Source: Escherichia phage RB43. Taken from it: a stretch of DNA of 64,000 nt. The position numbers were made by a program, and so were the translations under genes. Of the stretch, positions 57,701 through 64,000 are shown piece by piece; position 1 is the first letter of the stretch, and each line of letters begins with the position of its first letter. The stretch lies in sequence record NC_007023.1. One strand, written 5' to 3'. Below the pieces are notes generated by a model. That model had not been told where the DNA came from. It was given only the letters and a program-made list of their open reading frames with translations, and searched no databases.

Positions 57701-57737
57701 GAAGCCCCTTGCGTAAGTGAGGGGCTTTTGTTATTGT
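57701..57737 (+). terminator. terminator hairpin (GCCCCTTGCG...GGGGC) with embedded -35 TTGCGT and -10 TATTGT 17 bp later
   Basis: GAAGCCCCTTGCGTAAGTGAGGGGCTTTTGTTATTGT. Confidence 0.55.
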
Positions 57738-57774
57738 ACACACATCGAAACGAAACAGACAAAAGGAACATCCC

Positions 57775-58044
57775 ATGAACATCAATAAAGAACTCGAAGG
57801 CAAAGTAATCAACCTGGCAGACCGTGCGCGGTTTGAAAAGCTGGCTAATGGTGGTGAATCTCTGGGTGATGCAGTAGCATTATTCGAAAGACTTCGTGTT
57901 AAACGTGTTGTAGATGGCTGGGTTATCGCTCTCCCTGTTGCAGACGAAGACAAAGCGGTTTACGATCCTGTTGCCGATTCATGGGATATTGAAATCTGTC
58001 TGGTTAATATTGAAGTAGAACTTTGCTTCGAGGAAGAAAAATAA
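57775..58044 (+). CDS. hypothetical protein (89 aa)
   Basis: ATG preceded by conserved leader ACACACATCGAAACGAAACAGACAAAAGGAACATCCC. Confidence 0.5.
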   Translation: MNINKELEGKVINLADRARFEKLANGGESLGDAVALFERLRVKRVVDGWVIALPVADEDKAVYDPVADSWDIEICLVNIEVELCFEEEK

Positions 58045-58057
58045 TTAATTAAACCAC

Positions 58058-58086
58058 TTGCACATCGCGAGGGGTTTTGATACATT
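58058..58086 (+). promoter_or_regulatory. sigma70-like promoter (TTGCAC-N17-TACATT) with conserved leader
   Basis: Followed by CCATATCGAAACGAAAGGAG leader and ATG 58116. Confidence 0.5.
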
Positions 58087-58115
58087 ACCCATATCGAAAC
58101 GAAAGGAGAAACATC

Positions 58116-58295
58116 ATGAAAGTTATGCACACTGCGAACCAACTTCAAAACGGCAACTACGCGATCCACGATGCTATCGGTGCGCTGGTTGGGGTTTATC
58201 TTCCTGGTAGCAAATACCTTGAAGTTAGTGGGAATACCTTTACTGATGTTGAAAACATCGAAGCAGCAATGGAAATCATTGGTGAACTGAAATGA
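58116..58295 (+). CDS. hypothetical protein (59 aa)
   Basis: ATG 7 nt after AAAGGAGAA. Confidence 0.45.
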   Translation: MKVMHTANQLQNGNYAIHDAIGALVGVYLPGSKYLEVSGNTFTDVENIEAAMEIIGELK

Positions 58296-58483
58296 GCAAG
58301 AAACTCGAAACATGGGAAACCATCAGCGAAGATCCGAATCTTCGTTGGTGTTGTGCGAAAACTGGTTTTGATGCTGCATGGGGTGCTACTCCAGAACAGG
58401 CGCGAGAAAACTGGGAACATCAGCAAATGTTCTTTGCGCATAAAACCCCATTCAATTATGACGGGAGTCACATAGCAGCATGA
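58292..58483 (+). CDS. hypothetical protein (63 aa)
   Basis: ORF track; ATGA coupling. Confidence 0.4.
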   Translation: MSKKLETWETISEDPNLRWCCAKTGFDAAWGATPEQARENWEHQQMFFAHKTPFNYDGSHIAA

Positions 58484-58788
58484 AAGAGCTAAATCTATCA
58501 AAAGAAGAAGTTGAAAAGCGGATTGCCGAAGGACTTGAAGTGATCAAGTCTATCGACTGGGGAAAAGTGATTGATTCAATGCCTGATATCCCTGATACGA
58601 TTTGCCTTAATTGTGGGCGATCCGTAATGGTTGGAAAGTGCTGTGATAATCAGAATATCGTTATCATGGAAAGGAAAGAAGTTTCACCGGAAGTGTGGGA
58701 TCAGATTCAAGAAATCATCAAAAACCCACCAAAACCGACGAAACGTTTACGCGAACTTATGAGCAGGACACCACGTTATGAAAAATGA
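58480..58788 (+). CDS. hypothetical Cys-cluster protein (102 aa)
   Basis: CLNCGRSVMVGKCC. Confidence 0.45.
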   Translation: MKELNLSKEEVEKRIAEGLEVIKSIDWGKVIDSMPDIPDTICLNCGRSVMVGKCCDNQNIVIMERKEVSPEVWDQIQEIIKNPPKPTKRLRELMSRTPRYEK

Positions 58789-59155
58789 ACCAAGCAAAAC
58801 TGTGCGCCTTATCCGTTGGGAAGGTAACGAACTCCGTTATGAAGACGGCGATCGTGAATTCGTTCATGAAATGCTGGCGCACAATCTGGGATTGAAAAAC
58901 GCTAACCTGGTGCAGATGCAGCAGACAGCAGATCCCGACACATGGCAATGTGTTATTGTCGAACTGAACCCTAACAAGGAATACACAGAAGATGAACTCT
59001 TTGTGCTTGTTCAGGACGTTCCAGCGCGTCAGAAATGCTTTATGATCGACATGCCACGGGAAAACTATGAGAACATCAAGAAAGCCCGTCAGAAGCCCAT
59101 ACACAACGTATTTGATTTGTTTATGGGCTATCATGAGGAACCGGAAACGGCCTAA
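58778..59155 (+). CDS. hypothetical protein (125 aa)
   Basis: ORF track. Confidence 0.45.
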   Translation: MKNEPSKTVRLIRWEGNELRYEDGDREFVHEMLAHNLGLKNANLVQMQQTADPDTWQCVIVELNPNKEYTEDELFVLVQDVPARQKCFMIDMPRENYENIKKARQKPIHNVFDLFMGYHEEPETA

Positions 59156-60255
59156 GCCTCGCTTGTTTTGCTGTCGTCGTTAGTCGATGCCGCCACCTGT
59201 ACACATTCTAATGTTTGCAGGTGGAAATCTTTTGATACGTCACGAATACATTCAACAATCAAATATTTTCCCGCGTATTCGTCGCCTAATACTTCAATTA
59301 ATGCCCCCACTTTTACATCCATTCGACCTTGATTAATATCAAACTTAATCCGTTTTTCATAGCTGGACAGCAACTGACATTTAACCGCCTGGAATGGCTG
59401 GCCTTGTTTGTCTGGGTTCTGAAAGTTGGTATCATATACCGCGTTTCGGTTCATGGTGATCCACGCGTTCTCTATGTCTGTACTTGCGAGGATATCGCTA
59501 TACAGCTTTTTATCTGTCATTGAGAAGCTAAAGAAACTTGCATCACCTAATAATGTGGTGTTATCCTTATACGTAATGTATTCGCCTTTGGTAAACACCA
59601 GCGAATCACCTAAAAACGGGTTGCTCACGTTATACTTGTAAGCCTTGATCGGGGTTTGTGCAAGGATCTCCGTATTACTTTTCATAAAGATACCGGAACC
59701 ATCTTCCCACAAATAACAGAAGTCGGACGAATCAACGCTCTGACCATTATCCCTGATGTAATCAAACACGGTTTCATATGTCCCGCTTAAACATGCCGGA
59801 GGTATACGCACGTTTGATGCGTCAATCGTTGGGGTGATCAGTTTCTTATCGTTGTATAGTGCCGTCATGCACTCTGTAATCGTCTGTACGGCGTTATTAC
59901 TGAATGAACGGGAAAACTTACGACGAAACACCGTATGCACCGGAGAAAGGTTTAGGCGCAATATAGAGCGGTTCATATCATCCGTTTCTACGTTCGAATA
60001 CAGAACACCATAGTAATGCTGTTCCAACGTCTGATTATACTGGAAGGATACCTGTATGATCGGTTTCTCTGTCAACTGATAGATTAACTGGTTATCATAT
60101 ATCTGCATCAATGTTTCAGAAGTCCCGTTGATTATGGTCTTCTCACTCATTGAGACAAGGGCAGGTAGCAATTCAAGATAGACGTTATCAGCAAACTTTT
60201 CATATGTTGGATATAATTTAACCGATACGACACGGTTTATAACTTTATTGGACAT
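59152..60255 (-). CDS. baseplate hub-like structural protein (possible gp27 homologue)
   Basis: 367 aa, GGAGGA SD, divergent from gp28/29/48/54-like genes; similarity to T4 gp27 is a weak recollection. Confidence 0.4.
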   Translation of the reverse strand: MSNKVINRVVSVKLYPTYEKFADNVYLELLPALVSMSEKTIINGTSETLMQIYDNQLIYQLTEKPIIQVSFQYNQTLEQHYYGVLYSNVETDDMNRSILRLNLSPVHTVFRRKFSRSFSNNAVQTITECMTALYNDKKLITPTIDASNVRIPPACLSGTYETVFDYIRDNGQSVDSSDFCYLWEDGSGIFMKSNTEILAQTPIKAYKYNVSNPFLGDSLVFTKGEYITYKDNTTLLGDASFFSFSMTDKKLYSDILASTDIENAWITMNRNAVYDTNFQNPDKQGQPFQAVKCQLLSSYEKRIKFDINQGRMDVKVGALIEVLGDEYAGKYLIVECIRDVSKDFHLQTLECVQVAASTNDDSKTSEA

Positions 60256-60315
60256 TAGACATCCTCCCTTTATTCTATTTACTAAATAGTAAATATCGGG
60301 ATACTTGAGGCGATT

Positions 60316-60891
60316 ATGAAAAGAAAGAACACACTTGATAAATTTATGGTTACTCGTTTAAACATCAAGAACAGCAAGAACAAAACTGTTACCTTGCCTA
60401 CTGGTGAAGAAGTCACGATCCCGCGTCTGGGTTATCGTCATTTCACCCAGATTAAAGCAATGAAAGACCCTATGCAGTTACTTGATTATATCATCAACGA
60501 GATTAAACCACGCGATCTAACAGCAGCAGAAACCGAATTCCTTTTGATTCATTTGCACTATCATAACGATGATAAAGCAATGGAAGCATTGAAAGAGATC
60601 GGCATTAATCTTGATGATATGAAAATCAGTGAGGCTAAGTATGAATACACTTTCGATAACATCAAATTGGTATTCAATAAACCGACCCTGATGCTGGATG
60701 AACTTTCATTACTAATTAAAGAAGCATACGACAACGGGCAACCGATCGAGCTTACGGACGAAAACCGGATTCAATTAATTAACAGCCTGTATCGTTATGA
60801 ATATGACGAGGTAAAACGTGGCGTACTCCAGGAAGTATATATTGTGCATGAGGGGAAAACCATCAAAGGGCTTAACATCATCGGTGAATGA
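60316..60891 (+). CDS. baseplate hub subunit gp28-like (position-based)
   Basis: 191 aa immediately upstream of gp29-like gene. Confidence 0.35.
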   Translation: MKRKNTLDKFMVTRLNIKNSKNKTVTLPTGEEVTIPRLGYRHFTQIKAMKDPMQLLDYIINEIKPRDLTAAETEFLLIHLHYHNDDKAMEALKEIGINLDDMKISEAKYEYTFDNIKLVFNKPTLMLDELSLLIKEAYDNGQPIELTDENRIQLINSLYRYEYDEVKRGVLQEVYIVHEGKTIKGLNIIGE

Positions 60892-62625
60892 TAATGGCTA
60901 AAAACCCATATTACAGCGACGAACAACGTCGCAGGATGCAAAATCCACAACAGCCACAACCCACCGTTCGTAAGATTAACGCAACGTTGGATAAGGCTTC
61001 AATGAACGAATTGAAGGACATCAACAATAACACTCTTGAAACCGCGCTGAATACGCTGGATATCAAAGAGGGTATGAAGTCCTTTGAAGATAGATTTAAA
61101 GACAAATTTGCAGGGTTTAAAGAGCAATTCGAACAGGATCAGGAACCTCTTGCAGAACAGTTACCTGATTTTGTCGGCCCCGCACGACCTGCATCACTGA
61201 CAGACAACAGCACAACCACTGTTGACAATTCCGTTAGTGTAAGAAACCATCCGTTTAGCAAGCTGGAAGAACATACAGGCACTATTGCAGAAGCGATAAC
61301 ATCGTTTATCGCTCTTGCAAGCAAGAAGCCGGAACCAGCACCTGAACCGGAACCCGTGCCGGAAGAAGAACCAGAAGTTGATAAGACGAAGAAGAAAATT
61401 CGTGATAAAGACAAAGACGAGAAGAAATTCAGTAAACGTGTATTAGCATTGCTTGATTCAATCAAAAACAATACATCAGGGATACTGTCTCGCTTTATTG
61501 GTTATTCACTCGAAGCACTGGCTAAATTCGCTAAGTGGACATTGATTATTGGTAGCATTGTATTCGCGATCGACGTTCTGGCTAAGGTTGTTCAGAAGTG
61601 GTTCCAGGATATTCTAAGCGAGGGTGAAGCCTCGAAAGAATTGTTCGGATCATATTTCAAGAACATCAAAACACTTGCTGAAAAAATCAATGATGGTCTG
61701 GAAAACTTCGATATGAGCAATCTGGGCGACTCACTGAAAAATCTCTTTTTGGAACCGTTCAAAGTTCTGGGTGATACGATTAAAACCGCTATCACTGAGG
61801 GTATCGGTAATCTGATTTACGCACTGGGTGAATATACCGGATCGGAAACCATTACTGATGCAGGGCGCGGAATGAAAGTATCTGCGTTGCGTGATAAACA
61901 GAAATATGGTTTAGAGATTGATCAGGATGACCTGATTATGCTCAAAGAGCAAGAAATTCAGGATCAGAAAGATAAGATTGTTGAAGCCCGTTCTCAACTT
62001 ACGGATCAGGTTAAAGCGACACAGGGCGCGTTCTCCTATAGTTTCGGGAAGCAGACAGACGCACAGAAAGCATTGTCTAAGCAACTCGAAGAAATGCGCG
62101 ATCGTGTTTCTCTGGAAGAACAGATCACGAAGGAGAAAGAAAAGGAACTCCAGATGCTGAAAGACAACCCTACTCTGTTAAAAGAGCAGGTGCAGAAGGA
62201 GAACACCGAGAACCGGAAACGTGTTGATGATTCTAAGCAGATCGAAGCAGCACAGCAGACAAGCTAAACCAAAAGCCGAAAGCGAGTTTGATCGAGGTGA
62301 AGAAATTTTGGGTAAAGACGATATCACCGCGAAAGATAAAGAGTTGATGGATAAGATCATGGAATCTCTTGAAGAGAAAAATGCTACCCAAAAACTCGAC
62401 GAAGACGATCGCGAAAAATATCGTGCGATGCTGGAACAATGGCAGAACAAGATTGCAGTAGTACCGGAAAGCAGCGCACCAATTGACAAGCAACCGGAAC
62501 CTGTGAGAGCACCAGTTGATGCAGTTGCTTCTAACAACGTCCAGGTAAACCAAAAAACAGTTAATAACATGGTACAACATTCAGTACAACGCACTGAACG
62601 TAAGCCATTGATTGCATTAGCATAA
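60888..62625 (+). CDS. 29: baseplate hub / tail-length protein gp29-like, frame broken near 62259-62267
   Basis: 459-aa ORF 60888..62267 plus +1 frame continuation to TAA 62623-62625 totals about 579 aa; coiled coil and hydrophobic segment; precedes gp48/gp54. Confidence 0.55.
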
Positions 62626-62636
62626 GGGAAATTTAC

Positions 62637-63722
62637 ATGAAAATCAAAGTATTACAAGACACTGTGCAATCATTTGCTGAAATAAAAAATGCTGGCATCC
62701 CCTCTGGGGGTGCTACAACCACGAAAAACGCATTGAGTCAACCTATTGTAACAGCGGAATTTCCTTCCCAACGTGCAGCAGGTATTGATAACGCGTACAA
62801 CGCATCAAGCCTGTATAATAACGGCTTGCTGTTTACTGCATATGATTTCACTGGTGGTCTTGCACCAGGTAGCAAAGATAACTATCGTTCATTACGTCAA
62901 GCAGCACAGAACGCAAAACAGATATTAAGCGCTAACACAGGTAATGTTCGATATAAACAGGTTTTGAATACCCGTACTATGGGTACATTGAACCCGATTT
63001 GTCAAATACTTTTACCTCGAAGCCTTAACGACAACGAAGTAAACAGCCACCGTTACCAGGATGCAACCGATAGTATCGTTGCTAAAGGTTTGTCCCGTGC
63101 GGTGTCTAACGTTATCTGGGGTGCTGTAGAATCGGTTTCTGGTGGTATTCTGGCAGACCGTAGGGAAGCGATCGATATTGGTACGAAAGCAGCGTTTCAA
63201 GGCTCCGATAAACGTACAAAGATGTATTACAATACATTCGTAATCGAAAGCCGTTATGATCTGCTTGAACTGATTAAAATCTATTACCTGTTTACTGTTC
63301 TGGGTTATGGTACTACGTCAGGTGGTACACCTGCTGAACTGGCTGGCCTTGTTAAAACGGCGTATAACAATACAGCGTCTAAAGTGGCTAACGTGTTTGC
63401 ACCATCCAGCAACCAGACAACAGCAAGCGATTTCAATGACAGTATCGGTGATCAGATTGTTGACTTCGTATCGAACGTTGAGGTTATTAAATCGCCTCCA
63501 GTATGGTTTATTCGTGATTTCCAGACAGGTGACAGTCTACGCTTCCCGCATTCTACATTCGGGCCAGCAGGTATTACCAGCGTTCGTTTCGGGCGTACTA
63601 TGGATAATATCGTAAATACATTAAGAGAGTCACCCAATACACCGATATCCGTTGAAATCGAAATTCAGTTTATGGAATTGATCGACATGCGTCAAGATTC
63701 TATTTTCGATGTTCAATACTAG
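62637..63722 (+). CDS. 48: baseplate tail-tube junction protein gp48-like
   Basis: 361 aa, AAGGGAA SD; size and position as T4 gp48. Confidence 0.55.
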   Translation: MKIKVLQDTVQSFAEIKNAGIPSGGATTTKNALSQPIVTAEFPSQRAAGIDNAYNASSLYNNGLLFTAYDFTGGLAPGSKDNYRSLRQAAQNAKQILSANTGNVRYKQVLNTRTMGTLNPICQILLPRSLNDNEVNSHRYQDATDSIVAKGLSRAVSNVIWGAVESVSGGILADRREAIDIGTKAAFQGSDKRTKMYYNTFVIESRYDLLELIKIYYLFTVLGYGTTSGGTPAELAGLVKTAYNNTASKVANVFAPSSNQTTASDFNDSIGDQIVDFVSNVEVIKSPPVWFIRDFQTGDSLRFPHSTFGPAGITSVRFGRTMDNIVNTLRESPNTPISVEIEIQFMELIDMRQDSIFDVQY

Positions 63723-63730
63723 GGGGAATA

Positions 63731-64000
63731 ATGTTTTATAGCGTAGATGAATTCTTATCTGGAATGGCAAACAAAGATTTTCAACGCAGCAACTTGTTTA
63801 GCGTTGTGTTCGCCACGAGTCCAGCATCACGCATTCTTGATAGCACGATCGGAAGTATTCGAGATACGTTGATTGACGGCACAATGAGTTCAATCAACGC
63901 GAACAACCCGAACGAGTTCATGAACGCTATCACAGGGGGTGTAAGCAAATTATTCAGCTATACAGTTGATAAAGCGATTATGTCCCTCAACAAAACAGGA
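63731..64000 (+). CDS. 54: baseplate protein gp54-like (5' partial, continues beyond window)
   Basis: ATG after AGGGGG; ORF open to window end. Confidence 0.5.
   Translation, partial: MFYSVDEFLSGMANKDFQRSNLFSVVFATSPASRILDSTIGSIRDTLIDGTMSSINANNPNEFMNAITGGVSKLFSYTVDKAIMSLNKTG

Noticed and set aside
1-64000. CRISPR arrays, integrase, transposase, or prophage att sites
   Set aside because: No regularly spaced direct repeats and no recombinase-like ORFs seen; gene content is that of a lytic T4-like phage.

Overview
This window is the early/middle replication and nucleotide-metabolism region of a T4-like (Straboviridae-type) myovirus, not bacterial chromosome; no obviously novel defence or counter-defence system is visible, and all homology calls are from reading the supplied translations against recalled T4 proteins, with no database search run. 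Positions 1-32495 are almost entirely minus-strand: rIIB/rIIA (one continuous ORF), SprT-like protease, topoisomerase II subunits gp52 and gp39(+60), denV, LysM protein, dexA, dda, dCTPase gp56, primase gp61, a DNA methyltransferase, helicase gp41, uvsX, DNA polymerase gp43, regA, clamp loader gp62/gp44, clamp gp45, gp32, gp59, gp33, dsbA and RNase H. From 32817 the genes are plus-strand: gp55, gp47/gp46, a J-domain protein, frd, td, nrdA, nrdB, two homing endonucleases, RNA ligase, spanins, pseT, dCMP deaminase, gp31, one tRNA(CAU), a small-gene region (GrcA homologue, internal-protein-like gene, NADAR protein), DNA ligase and the start of a baseplate block (gp27-like on minus; gp28-like, gp29, gp48, gp54). 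The most interesting observations are the rIIA-rIIB in-frame fusion, the host-like GrcA module, the NADAR protein, the J-domain protein, a repeated promoter-leader cassette, and a terminator hairpin family that carries its own -35 element. At least ten single-base reading-frame breaks (gp52, gp45, gp29 and several small genes) look like homopolymer indel errors, so frame-dependent claims need read-level confirmation.
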